64,000 bases of DNA from an uncultured Coriobacteriaceae bacterium (GTDB taxonomy: Bacteria; Actinomycetota; Coriobacteriia; Coriobacteriales; Eggerthellaceae): NCBI GenBank assembly GCA_902768975.1, contig CACXMZ010000003.1:54941-118940 (forward strand), given 5' to 3'. Of the stretch, positions 54,626 through 63,615 are shown piece after piece. The first letter of the stretch is position 1. Each line of letters begins with the position of its first letter. The notes below the pieces were generated by a model. That model did no database searches. It worked only from the letters and a program-made list of their open reading frames with translations, and had not been told where the DNA came from. The position numbers were made by a program, and so were the translations under genes.

Positions 54626-55390
54626 GTGCTAACAAAGCGAGTAATCCCTTGTATGGACGTTAAAGATGGCAGGGTTGTGAAGGGCGTCAACTTCGTGAAC
54701 CTGCGCGATGCGGGCGACCCAATTGAGCTGGCCCAGCGCTACGACGAGCAGAAGGCCGACGAAGTCATCTTTCTGGACATCACCGCCACCCATGAAGGCC
54801 GCGAAACTACGGTGGCACTAGCGAGCCGTGCGGCCGAAGAACTACACCTGCCCTATTGTGTGGGCGGCGGTTTTCGCAGCGTGGCCGACATTCGCACTAT
54901 GATTGCTGCCGGCGCCGACAAGGTTTCCGTAAACAGTGCGGCGGTAAAAGATCCCTCAATCCTTACGGAAGCGGCTGAAGCTTTTGGTAGCCAGGCCATC
55001 GTGTGCGCCATCGACGCCAAGCAAATTCAAACTGGCTTGGACAAATGGGAAGTTTACGTGCGCGGTGGTCGTGAAGCTACCGGTATAGACGCCGTGGAAT
55101 GGGCACGCGAAGTGGTTAAGCGTGGCGCGGGCGAAATTCTGCTTACCAGCATGGACCGCGACGGTAGCCAGGACGGCTTCGATTGCGCGCTTACGCGGGC
55201 GGTGGCACGGGCGGTGGATGTTCCCGTTATCGCCAGCGGTGGCGTGGGTAAGCTCGAACATTTCGCTGAAGGTATTTTGGAAGGTGAAGCCGACGCAGTA
55301 CTTGCCGCGAGCGTTTTCCATTTTGGGACCTATACTATTCGTGAGGTAAAAGAATACATGGCAGCGCAGGGCATCCCCGTGCGTTTGTAG
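54626..55390 (+). CDS. hisF: Imidazole glycerol phosphate synthase cyclase subunit
   Basis: [34 protein letters not shown] and ASGG are present. It has a GTG start with a GGAGG RBS. Confidence 0.95.
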   Translation: MLTKRVIPCMDVKDGRVVKGVNFVNLRDAGDPIELAQRYDEQKADEVIFLDITATHEGRETTVALASRAAEELHLPYCVGGGFRSVADIRTMIAAGADKVSVNSAAVKDPSILTEAAEAFGSQAIVCAIDAKQIQTGLDKWEVYVRGGREATGIDAVEWAREVVKRGAGEILLTSMDRDGSQDGFDCALTRAVARAVDVPVIASGGVGKLEHFAEGILEGEADAVLAASVFHFGTYTIREVKEYMAAQGIPVRL

Positions 55391-55400
55391 GAGAGCCGCT

Positions 55401-56261
55401 ATGACTGAAGAACAGCAAAATGATGCTATTCGGGAACGCCATAAGCAAGCCGTTAACGAACTGAAGGTGTCCGACACGTCGTATAAGCCCCAGTTGGTTA
55501 TGGGCCTGGCCCTCGTTGCCCTTCTGGCAATAGTTGTAGGTGTGGGCAGCATGATGGGCGGCGTGTCTTCGTCGTCTTCTGCGAATGAGCAAAGTGCAGC
55601 CACGACGCAAGCCGTTCAAACGGCAAGCGCAGAACCGGGTGCCGTTCAAGACAAGGCTGCGGGTGCTTCGAGCAGTGAAGCTTTCCAGCTTTTGCCCGAC
55701 CTGCCACCATTCCCCTTTGAAATCATGGGCGAAAGCACCATTTCGCCAGACACCATGGCAGCCCTCTACAACAAGCGCGGCGTGGAGTATCCAGCCGAAG
55801 AATTTGCTGAAGACGGGGCGGCAACTATCGAAGAGTATTGCCAGCTGTGTGCCGAAGAAGCTGCCGCCGAAGGCGTGCGCGCCGAAGTCTTGTTTGCGCA
55901 GGCCATGCACGAAACAGCGTGGTTGCAATTTGGGAACCAAGTTTCGGCCGACCAAAATAATTTCGGTGGTTTGGGCGCTGTAAATTCTGGCGGCGAAGGG
56001 GAACGCTTCCCCGATGTGCGCACAGGTTTGCGTGCGCAGGTGCAGCACCTGAAGGCCTATGCAAGCACCGAAGATTTGAAATACGAAATTGTGGACACAC
56101 GCTTTGAATTGGTCGAGCGTGGTTGCGCCCCCACGGTGCATGACCTGGGCGGCCGCTGGGCCTACCCGGGCGACGGTTATGGCGAATCCCTCGTTGTTAT
56201 CATGGCCGACCTGTATGAAATTGAATATGGGCAGCGCCCCGAAATACCAGCCATTGACTAA
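55401..56261 (+). CDS. Membrane-anchored glucosaminidase-domain (LytD/FlgJ-type) peptidoglycan hydrolase
   Basis: An N-terminal TM is followed by LFAQAMHETAWLQFGNQVSADQNNFGGLGA, which matches the mannosyl-glycoprotein endo-beta-N-acetylglucosaminidase motif. Confidence 0.7.
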   Translation: MTEEQQNDAIRERHKQAVNELKVSDTSYKPQLVMGLALVALLAIVVGVGSMMGGVSSSSSANEQSAATTQAVQTASAEPGAVQDKAAGASSSEAFQLLPDLPPFPFEIMGESTISPDTMAALYNKRGVEYPAEEFAEDGAATIEEYCQLCAEEAAAEGVRAEVLFAQAMHETAWLQFGNQVSADQNNFGGLGAVNSGGEGERFPDVRTGLRAQVQHLKAYASTEDLKYEIVDTRFELVERGCAPTVHDLGGRWAYPGDGYGESLVVIMADLYEIEYGQRPEIPAID

Positions 56262-56306
56262 CGGTTCGCTTACTTTAAGCGCTTCATGCACAGAAAGGCG
56301 AAGGCT

Positions 56307-56642
56307 ATGTCGCTCGAAACTGAAAACCTGAAACCTGAAGAGTTGAAGTTCAACGAAGCGGGGCTTATCCCTTGCATTGCGCAAGACGCGCAAACACGCG
56401 AAGTGCTCATGATGGCCTGGATGAATGAAGAAGCGCTTGGGCTCACCCTTGAACAGAGCAGCATGTGGTTTTGGTCACGCAGCCGCAAAGAACTGTGGCA
56501 TAAGGGCGCTACGAGCGGCAACACCCAAGAGCTGGTGGAGCTGCGCTACGACTGCGATGCCGACTGCCTGCTTGCACTCGTGAACGCGGCAGGGCCAGCG
56601 TGCCATACGGGCAACAATTCTTGTTTCTACCGTAGCCTGTAA
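56307..56642 (+). CDS. hisI: Phosphoribosyl-AMP cyclohydrolase (monofunctional HisI)
   Basis: [26 protein letters not shown]...W.WSRSR..LW.KG.TSGN...DCD.D and CHTG..SCF are present. The start at 56307 is preceded by GAAAGG. Confidence 0.9.
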   Translation: MSLETENLKPEELKFNEAGLIPCIAQDAQTREVLMMAWMNEEALGLTLEQSSMWFWSRSRKELWHKGATSGNTQELVELRYDCDADCLLALVNAAGPACHTGNNSCFYRSL

Positions 56643-56739
56643 AGAGGTGTGTACACAATACAATCATGGAGCAGGTGTGGAAGACCATCTGCGGTTTCTT
56701 TGTTGCGCTATACTTCCCACTTGCAACTTAATAATAAAA

Positions 56740-57000
56740 GCTATGACGAAGACAGTGCTTGGCACGGTGGCTGGACTTAAGAGAAGAGCGCAGAAGTTGT
56801 AAAGCTCGGAAGGCTCGCCAGGCAATTCACTTCACCAGCTGCGCGGCTGAACGGAACTGCAAAGAACCCAGTAGGTGGCGTCGGGGGCTCCCGTTACAGA
56901 GCAACAAGAGTGGGCAGCACGTGCAGGCGCAGGGCTGCCAACCAGGGTGGTACCGCGAGAGGCTCTCTCGTCCTTGGATGGACGCGAGGGCTTTTTTGAT
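56740..57000 (+). promoter_or_regulatory. T-box leader (Phe specifier) with terminator upstream of pheST
   Basis: The conserved T-box sequence AACCAGGGTGGTACCGCGAGAG includes AGGGTGGTACCGCG at 56944-56957. An AGAGA element lies near 56779. Candidate UUC-A specifiers occur in GGCAATTCACTTCACC. The terminator hairpin ends in GGGCTTTTTT at 56988-56996. Confidence 0.8.
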
Positions 57001-57014
57001 GAAAGGAATGAAAG

Positions 57015-58076
57015 ATGGCGATTGTTGACGAAGTTCGCCAGGTTGGCGCCGAAGCGCTGGCCCAGATTGAAGCAGCGGGCGACACAGCGGCACTCGATGC
57101 TGTGCGCGTGGCCGTGGTGGGCAAGTCGGGCACGCTTACGGGTTACCTGCGTTCGATGGGCCAGGTGCCCGCAGAAGAGCGCGCCGAAGTGGGCAAGACC
57201 GTGAATGCCGTGCGCGAAGAAGTGGAAGCGGCACTTGAAGCGCGCAAAGCTACCTTGGCGGGTGCCGAATTAGCGGCCAAGATCGAAGCGGATGCGCTCG
57301 ACATTACGCTGCCGGGCCGCGCCCAGCAGGTGGGTACGCGCCACCTTATTTCGCGCATCACCGACGAAATCGCTGAAATCTTTTTGGGTATTGGCTACAC
57401 CGTGGTTTCTGGTACCGAAATTGAAACCGACTACTACAACTTCGAAGCGCTGAACACGCCTGCCGACCATCCGGCCCGCGGCTTGCAAGACACCTTCTAC
57501 GTGGTGGACCGCAGTGGCGACGTGGCTGCGGTGAAAGGCGAATCCGACGTGCTCCTGCGCACCCAGACTTCTGGCGTGCAGGCCCATGTCATGGAAGAAC
57601 AAAAGCCGCCCATCTACATTATTGCGCCGGGCAAGGTGTACCGCCGCGACGTGGCTGACCCGAGCCATCTGCCTCAGTTTAACCAGGTGGAAGGCCTGGT
57701 GGTGGACAAGGGTATTACCTTTGGCGACCTGAAGGGTACGCTGGAATATTTCGTTAAGCAAATGTTTGGCGAAGACCGCAAGACGCGCCTGCGCCCGCAT
57801 TTCTTCCCGTTTACTGAACCTTCTGCTGAAGCCGACATTAGCTGCGGCATTTGCGGCGGTGAAGGCTGCCGCTTCTGCAAGGGTACCGGCTGGGTGGAAG
57901 TGCTTGGCTGCGGCATGGTAGACCCCAATGTGTTCGCTTACGCGGGCATCGACCCCGAAGTGTATTCGGGCTTTGCCTTTGGCATGGGTGTGGAACGCAT
58001 CGCCTGCCTGAAGTACAACGTCCCCGACTTGCGCATGCTGCTTGAAGGTGACATGCGGTTCTTGAAACAGTTCTAG
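57015..58076 (+). CDS. pheS: Phenylalanine--tRNA ligase alpha subunit
   Basis: HPARGLQDTFY, LLRTQTS, FRPHFFPFTEPS and GFAFGMGVERI are present. Confidence 0.95.
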   Translation: MAIVDEVRQVGAEALAQIEAAGDTAALDAVRVAVVGKSGTLTGYLRSMGQVPAEERAEVGKTVNAVREEVEAALEARKATLAGAELAAKIEADALDITLPGRAQQVGTRHLISRITDEIAEIFLGIGYTVVSGTEIETDYYNFEALNTPADHPARGLQDTFYVVDRSGDVAAVKGESDVLLRTQTSGVQAHVMEEQKPPIYIIAPGKVYRRDVADPSHLPQFNQVEGLVVDKGITFGDLKGTLEYFVKQMFGEDRKTRLRPHFFPFTEPSAEADISCGICGGEGCRFCKGTGWVEVLGCGMVDPNVFAYAGIDPEVYSGFAFGMGVERIACLKYNVPDLRMLLEGDMRFLKQF

Positions 58077-58124
58077 GTAAGCACTTCGTTAGCTTAGCTT
58101 GACCTACGATTTGGAGAAATAAAA

Positions 58125-60581
58125 ATGAAACTAAGCTTGAAATGGTTAAACGAATATGTAGATGTACCGGCCGACACGAAGGCGCTTTGCGACAAGTTCG
58201 ACCTGACGGGTACGGGTGTCGAAGGCGTGGAAGTTGGCGGCGCTGGTTTTAGTGGTGTCTACACCGGCCAGATTGTTGAAAAAACAGCCCACCCAGACTC
58301 CGACCACCTGTGGGTGACACAGGTAAATGTGGGCGAGCAGCACTTGGGCGAAGATGGCCAGCCTGAACCGCTGCAGATTGTGTGCGGCGCTCAGAATTTT
58401 GAAGCGGGCGACAAGGTGGCCGTGGCCTTGGTGGGGGCGGTCTTGCCGGGCGACTTTGAAATTAAGAAGTCTAAGCTGCGCGGCCAAACCAGTAATGGCA
58501 TGAATTGTTCTTCGCGCGAATTGGGCTTGGGCGACGACCATGAGGGCATCATGATCCTGCCTGAAGACACGCCACTCGGAGTGGACTTCGCCCAATACCT
58601 CGGTCTTTCCGACCGCGTGCTCGACTTGGAAATTACACCCAATCGTCCTGACTGCCTTTCCATTGAAGGCATGGCGCGCGAATTGGGTGCCATGTACAAG
58701 CTGCCCGTGAAAGACGTCTGCGAAGGCAGCGAACTGAAGGATACGGGCGCGCCTACGGCCGAAGCCGTAACGGTTGAAATTGCCGACCCTGAACTGTGCC
58801 CGCGCTATACCGCGCGCCTTATCCGCGGCGTGAAGGTAGGCCCAAGCCCCGACTGGTTGGCCGAACGCGTGCAGGCAAGTGGCACCCGTTCTATCAATAA
58901 CGTGGTCGACATTACGAACTACGTCCTGTACCTGCTGGGCCAGCCCCTGCATGCCTTTGACTTCGACAAGCTGGCGGGCGCAGACGGCAAGGCCCACATT
59001 ATTGTGCGCGCCGCCGAAGAAGGCGAAAAGCTCACAACGCTCGACGAACAAGAGCGCGCGCTCACGCCCGACATGGCCGTTATTGCTACGCCCGAACATG
59101 CGGTGGCCCTAGCTGGTGTTATGGGCGGGCTGGACACCGAAGTAACTGAAGGCACCACGAACATCTTGCTTGAAGCTGCCACCTTTAGCCCAGGTCACAC
59201 GAGCCGCACGAGCCGCAACTTAGGCCTGTTCAGCGAGTCGTCCATGCGTTACGAGCGCAAGGTGGACGCTGTACCCATTGCACGCAATGCCGACTTCGCC
59301 GCGGCACTCATTGCCGAAATCTGCGGCGGGGAAGTGGCAGAAGGCATTGTGGACGAATGGCCCGTAAAGGAAGAAGCCGTACAGCTGCAGCTGCGCGTGA
59401 AGCGTTGTCAGGACATGCTGGGCGAAGTAATTCCTGTTGAAGAAATACAAGACATACTCCGTCGTTTAGGTTGCAAGGTTTCGCCGGCAGAAGAAGGCGT
59501 GCTGTATGTGGTGGTGCCCAGTTTCCGCCCCGACCTGGAGCGCGAAATCGACCTCTACGAAGAAATCCTGCGCCTCTATGGTATGGAGAATATTCCGTCC
59601 ACTCTGCCGGGCGGGCGTGAACGCGTGGGCGTGCGCAGCTGGCACGAACAAGTGCTCGCGCGCCTGCATGGCACCCTACGTGCTTCGGGTTTAAGTGAAA
59701 CGCAAACCTATGCCTTCGCCAGCCCCGAAGACCTCAAAAATTTGCGTATGGACGCAGTGGCTGAAGGTGAAGCGGTTGAGCTTATCAACCCGCTTAACGC
59801 TGAACAGTCTGTCATGCGCCAAACCCTCATTCCCAACCTACTGCGTAGCGTGGCCTACAATCAAAACCATGGCGTGGCCAACATCGCCCTGTACGAAGTG
59901 GGCGACGTGTTCAACACGGCCGAAGGGCGCAAGCAGCCCAAGGAACGCGCAAAGTTGGCGGGTGTTTTGGCAGGCGCAACGGATGCCAGCTGGAACCGTG
60001 CGTCGCAGGCCTACGACTTCTTTGACGGCAAGGGCGTGGTCGAAAATATCGTACGTGAACTAGCCATTCCTAAGCTGCGCTTTAAGGCGCTCGAAGCCGA
60101 AGAAGCGCCGCAGCTCCAGCCTGGCCGCGGTGCCCAGGTGTTAAGCGGTGGCAGCGTCCTTGGTTGGGTGGGTGAAATCCATCCGCTGGCTGCGGCTGCC
60201 TTCGACGCACAAGCCCCCGTGGTGGCATTTGAACTCGACATGAACGCGCTCGAAAAGGCTGCGACGGTTGAACGTGAAACCCAGGAAGTCAGCCAGTTCC
60301 CGCCCGTTACCATGGACGTGGCCTTCGTGGTGGATGAAGCGGTCACCCACGAAAAGCTCCTGCAGACCATGTGCAGTGCAGGCGGCAACCTGCTCGACAG
60401 CGTCCAGCTTTTCGACGTGTACCGCGACGAAGAACGCCTGGGTGTAGGCAAGAAGTCCATGGCGTATGCGCTGGAATATCGTGCGCCTGACCGTACGCTC
60501 GAAGGCGAAGAAGCGGAAAGCGCTCATGCGCGCCTCGTGAAAAAAGTCTGCGGGGCAACGGGGGCTGAAGTTCGCGCCTAA
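58125..60581 (+). CDS. pheT: Phenylalanine--tRNA ligase beta subunit
   Basis: MKLSLKWLNEYV, the tRNA-binding OB domain (QIVCGAQN), B3/4 and B5 domains and the C-terminal FDX-ACB domain are present. Confidence 0.95.
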   Translation: MKLSLKWLNEYVDVPADTKALCDKFDLTGTGVEGVEVGGAGFSGVYTGQIVEKTAHPDSDHLWVTQVNVGEQHLGEDGQPEPLQIVCGAQNFEAGDKVAVALVGAVLPGDFEIKKSKLRGQTSNGMNCSSRELGLGDDHEGIMILPEDTPLGVDFAQYLGLSDRVLDLEITPNRPDCLSIEGMARELGAMYKLPVKDVCEGSELKDTGAPTAEAVTVEIADPELCPRYTARLIRGVKVGPSPDWLAERVQASGTRSINNVVDITNYVLYLLGQPLHAFDFDKLAGADGKAHIIVRAAEEGEKLTTLDEQERALTPDMAVIATPEHAVALAGVMGGLDTEVTEGTTNILLEAATFSPGHTSRTSRNLGLFSESSMRYERKVDAVPIARNADFAAALIAEICGGEVAEGIVDEWPVKEEAVQLQLRVKRCQDMLGEVIPVEEIQDILRRLGCKVSPAEEGVLYVVVPSFRPDLEREIDLYEEILRLYGMENIPSTLPGGRERVGVRSWHEQVLARLHGTLRASGLSETQTYAFASPEDLKNLRMDAVAEGEAVELINPLNAEQSVMRQTLIPNLLRSVAYNQNHGVANIALYEVGDVFNTAEGRKQPKERAKLAGVLAGATDASWNRASQAYDFFDGKGVVENIVRELAIPKLRFKALEAEEAPQLQPGRGAQVLSGGSVLGWVGEIHPLAAAAFDAQAPVVAFELDMNALEKAATVERETQEVSQFPPVTMDVAFVVDEAVTHEKLLQTMCSAGGNLLDSVQLFDVYRDEERLGVGKKSMAYALEYRAPDRTLEGEEAESAHARLVKKVCGATGAEVRA

Positions 60582-60602
60582 AGCAAGCAACCAATACATT
60601 AC

Positions 60603-60664
60603 GAAAGAGGCCCGTATTCCCACCCCAGCTGCCACGCCTGGGGCGGGAACACGGGCCCTCTTTC
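60603..60664. terminator. Long GC-rich hairpin copy 1 (bidirectional terminator-like repeat)
   Basis: GAAAGAGGCCCGTATTCCCACCCC-AGCTGCCACGCCT-GGGGCGGGAACACGGGCCCTCTTTC forms a stem of about 21 bp directly after pheT. Confidence 0.7.
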
Positions 60665-60797
60665 TAAACCCATACGTCACGGAAGAGGCCCGCATTCCCG
60701 CCCTAGCTGCCACGCTTGGGGCGGGAACACGGGCCCTCTTCAAGCTAGAACAAGGTTGGCTCGTAGCGTTCAAGTGCGTCCACAAGGGCAGGGTATT
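60664..60797. repeat. Direct repeat DR-L (hairpin copy 2 plus the 3' end of the XRE-like gene)
   Basis: CTAAACCCATACGTCACGGAAGAGGCCCGCATTCCCGCCC...GGGCCCTCTTCAAGCTAGAACAAGGTTGGCTCGTAGCGTTCAAGTGCGTCCACAAGGGCAGGGTATT aligns by eye at about 90% with 63481-63615. Confidence 0.8.
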
Positions 60798-61893
60798 CAA
60801 TTAGGATACTTACGGCAGGCGGGTTGGTCTTTCGTATGAGCACATAGTGCCCCGGCAGGGAAATAATGTGCAAGTTTTCGAACTGACCTTCGCCCACCAT
60901 AATGGTATTGGTCCCAAACTTGCGGCGGAGCCCTTCAAGGACTTTCTCTTCTTTTGCCTGGTCTTCTTCGTGAAAAACGCGCAACAAGGGCTTGGCCATG
61001 TTCAAAAGCTGCTGGGCGCGAACGCGCGCATACTTCACGTCGGCCGAAGCCTTTGAAACAATATAGCGGCCACTTCCTTGGTCGCCCACAACCGCTTCGC
61101 CCAGGCACGCAACGCCCCCTGCAGAACGCACGAAGTGCAGAAAAGCCATATTGGTCGGCATAGGCAGGTAGTAGGATTCCATAAGCCCGGTCATATATAC
61201 CGGTATCCAGCCTTCAAGCCCGATGTAGAGTTCTTGAATGGGGCGATGTATGTCGTGAATGCTTTTCAGGCGCACCCCTTTGCGCACGAGCAGGGCAATA
61301 CCCATCATAATCTTGCGTGCGAATTCCTTGTCTTCGGCCATTTCTTCAAGGGGCATGTCGCTATACATAATTACGTCTTCGGTTGAACGCCCAAGCACCG
61401 CCGCTTTAAGGAAGTCGAGTTCCGCCTGCTTCATTTCTTCGATGCCCGTATAGGTTTTCGTGGTAGGCAGGCTGAAAGGCATGCTGGGTACGTTCAGGGA
61501 ATTGAAGTTGATTTCTTCCTTAAATGCATTCAGGTCGAATTCATCGAGCGAGCGAAGGAACTGAGTAAGTGGCTTAAAGCTCGCTGGTTTCTGTACTGCA
61601 GTTTCGGAAGACCCGAGGTAGGTTTTAATAGCGGCCTCGCATTTTTCGGGAACGGCTACATCTTTAACACTGGAGCCCGTGATCGCCGCTATGAGTTCAA
61701 GCTGTTCGTAGTTGGTGAAATGGCCTGCTATGTAGCGTGCTACGCCGTCCATAAACTGCGCTTCGTCGCCTGGGGTCCTTTCGCCCGTGCGAATGCGTGA
61801 AATATAAGAAGGGTCGAAGTCTAGAGCACGCGCAAGCTTATTGGCATTAACACCAAGCCCTACTATGAGGGTATTAAGTTTGTCTGCATTCAT
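60745..61893 (-). CDS. XRE-type HTH regulator with large uncharacterised C-terminal domain
   Basis: The N-terminal region LGVNANKLARALDFDPSYISRIRTGERTP is a Cro/C1-like HTH, and about 320 further residues have no family I recognise. The start at ATG 61893 is preceded by AGGAAGG; the ORF is open to 61917. Confidence 0.7.
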   Translation of the reverse strand: MNADKLNTLIVGLGVNANKLARALDFDPSYISRIRTGERTPGDEAQFMDGVARYIAGHFTNYEQLELIAAITGSSVKDVAVPEKCEAAIKTYLGSSETAVQKPASFKPLTQFLRSLDEFDLNAFKEEINFNSLNVPSMPFSLPTTKTYTGIEEMKQAELDFLKAAVLGRSTEDVIMYSDMPLEEMAEDKEFARKIMMGIALLVRKGVRLKSIHDIHRPIQELYIGLEGWIPVYMTGLMESYYLPMPTNMAFLHFVRSAGGVACLGEAVVGDQGSGRYIVSKASADVKYARVRAQQLLNMAKPLLRVFHEEDQAKEEKVLEGLRRKFGTNTIMVGEGQFENLHIISLPGHYVLIRKTNPPAVSILIEYPALVDALERYEPTLF

Positions 61894-62080
61894 ATGGCCG
61901 CCTTCCTGCTTTTGCATTCAATTATGTTCATTTACGATCAAAGTTGCCCCGATTTGTCAATGACAAAACAAAGACGTTGCTTTTTTGAATGCTATGGTAC
62001 CTGTAACTATAAGTATGAAAGGGGCTGTTTGTTGAAAAGCAGACAGTCCTTTGATGTAGGGTTGTGTTTAAGGAGCAAAA

Positions 62081-63484
62081 ATGGCGTTAAGAACAACAAG
62101 GTTCATGAATGTGGTGCTGGGCGTTGTACTCGCGGGGGTCCTGGCTTTCCTGTTCGGGCTTGCTCCGCAGCAAGGCTACGCAGACGACCCTGCATTTCTT
62201 ACCAATAACCCCAGTGGCAACAACCCGCCTGCTGGCCTCCAGGAAGACATTAACGTGACCTTCACTTTTGAAGGTACCACGGGCGAAGTTGTTATTAACA
62301 ACAAGCGCGTCCAAGACGGCGAAGCTGCGTCTGGTTCTGGCGTGGTGCAGGGTACTACCGATTCCACAGGAACCAATACCTTAAGCATTGCATCTTCTTT
62401 TGGCGAACCGAAAATGGTAAAGGTCGTGGTCAATGGCACCGAATACCCCGTGGACCCTGAAAGCGACCAATTCAGCACGGAAATACCCGGCGCCAGCTCC
62501 TACACAATTACTATTACCGCGTCTGGCAGTGGCAAGGTTGACCGCACAATTATCTGGGCAAATGTTGATGCTGATCACAGCGCCGACAACTTCGACCCCG
62601 ACATGCTTCTTGAACATGGGAAGGGCGCAATCATAGGAATATACGGCCCCGACGGAACTAAAAAGCAAGGTGAAATCGACGTAGATGAAAATGGCATGGG
62701 CTGGGCTACGGCCGACCCAGGCGACCGGATAGTTTTTCAATTTGTGCCTGACTATGGTTACCAGCTTACGCAGGTGCTAGCAAACGGCCAGCCCCTTGAA
62801 CCGCAGGAAGCTACCAACCAATACACTTTCATCATGCCCGATGCCAACGTGCATTTTGCCGCGCAGTTTTCCGCTGTTAAAGACAGCCTGAAGACGGCCG
62901 CAAGCGCAGTGGAAGCTGGCACGGTGGACCTTGGCTCCAATGTTTTGGCAGGCGGTTCGGGCCAGCTGAGCGTCGAAAACATCGAGCTGTCTGAAGCCAA
63001 GATTGAAGGTTTTGAAAATGCCGCAGGTGCCTATTCGATCGACCATTACCTCAACATTAATTTCTACAACGTTTTTTACAAGGGCAAGAACGACGCCGAC
63101 GATGTTTGGTCAGAAAAAATTGAAGAGCTGGACAATGAAGCAATCATTACTATTCAGCTTGCTGAAGGCGTCAACGGTAACGAAGTAGTCATTGTGCACA
63201 ATGTGCACGACGGGGAAAGCTACGAAATCATTCCTATTGAATCGTACGACCCCGCTACGAATACCATCACGTTTAAAACGAAGAGCTTCTCGGGCTACGC
63301 CATTGCGTCGAAGACAACAAAGGCTGCGCCATCAAGTGCTCAGAAGACGCAAGATAAGACGACACCCACAAAGTCAGCGACCGCAAAAACGGCCGACACT
63401 AACCCAGGTGCCCCGATTGGCGCAGTTGCCCTGCTTGCGTTGTTGGCAGCTGGCTTCGCGGCAAAAGCTAGCAGAAAAGCCTAA
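62081..63484 (+). CDS. Secreted surface protein with InlB-B/Listeria-Bacteroides-like repeat and C-terminal membrane anchor
   Basis: A signal peptide is followed by a beta-rich body including FQFVPDYGYQLTQVLANGQPL...YTFIMPDANVHFAAQF. A Thr/Lys-rich stalk, a TM and the basic tail KASRKA follow. No canonical LPXTG is present. Confidence 0.75.
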   Translation: MALRTTRFMNVVLGVVLAGVLAFLFGLAPQQGYADDPAFLTNNPSGNNPPAGLQEDINVTFTFEGTTGEVVINNKRVQDGEAASGSGVVQGTTDSTGTNTLSIASSFGEPKMVKVVVNGTEYPVDPESDQFSTEIPGASSYTITITASGSGKVDRTIIWANVDADHSADNFDPDMLLEHGKGAIIGIYGPDGTKKQGEIDVDENGMGWATADPGDRIVFQFVPDYGYQLTQVLANGQPLEPQEATNQYTFIMPDANVHFAAQFSAVKDSLKTAASAVEAGTVDLGSNVLAGGSGQLSVENIELSEAKIEGFENAAGAYSIDHYLNINFYNVFYKGKNDADDVWSEKIEELDNEAIITIQLAEGVNGNEVVIVHNVHDGESYEIIPIESYDPATNTITFKTKSFSGYAIASKTTKAAPSSAQKTQDKTTPTKSATAKTADTNPGAPIGAVALLALLAAGFAAKASRKA

Positions 63485-63615
63485 ACCTATACGCTACGAA
63501 AGAGGCCCGTATTCTCACCCCAGCTGCCACGCTTGGGGCGGGAACACGGGCCCTCTTTTGCATGCTAGATCAAGGTTGGCTCGTAGCGCTCAAATGCGTC
63601 CACGAGGGCAGGGTA
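63481..63615. repeat. Direct repeat DR-R (hairpin copy 3 plus a 16-codon relic of the XRE-like gene's 3' end)
   Basis: CTAAACCTATACGCTACGAAAGAGGCCCGTATTCTCACCCC...CTAGATCAAGGTTGGCTCGTAGCGCTCAAATGCGTCCACGAGGGCAGGGTATT forms the repeat. On the minus strand the relic encodes YPALVDAFERYEPTLI*, compared with YPALVDALERYEPTLF* in the intact gene. Confidence 0.8.

Noticed and set aside
60603-60741. Two tandem near-identical hairpin repeats considered as a mini CRISPR array.
   Set aside because: Only two adjacent copies exist (the third is 2.8 kb away). The units are about 60 nt and internally palindromic, with an ~18-nt gap rather than 30-40-nt unique spacers. No cas genes are present. They behave as terminator/REP-like hairpins.
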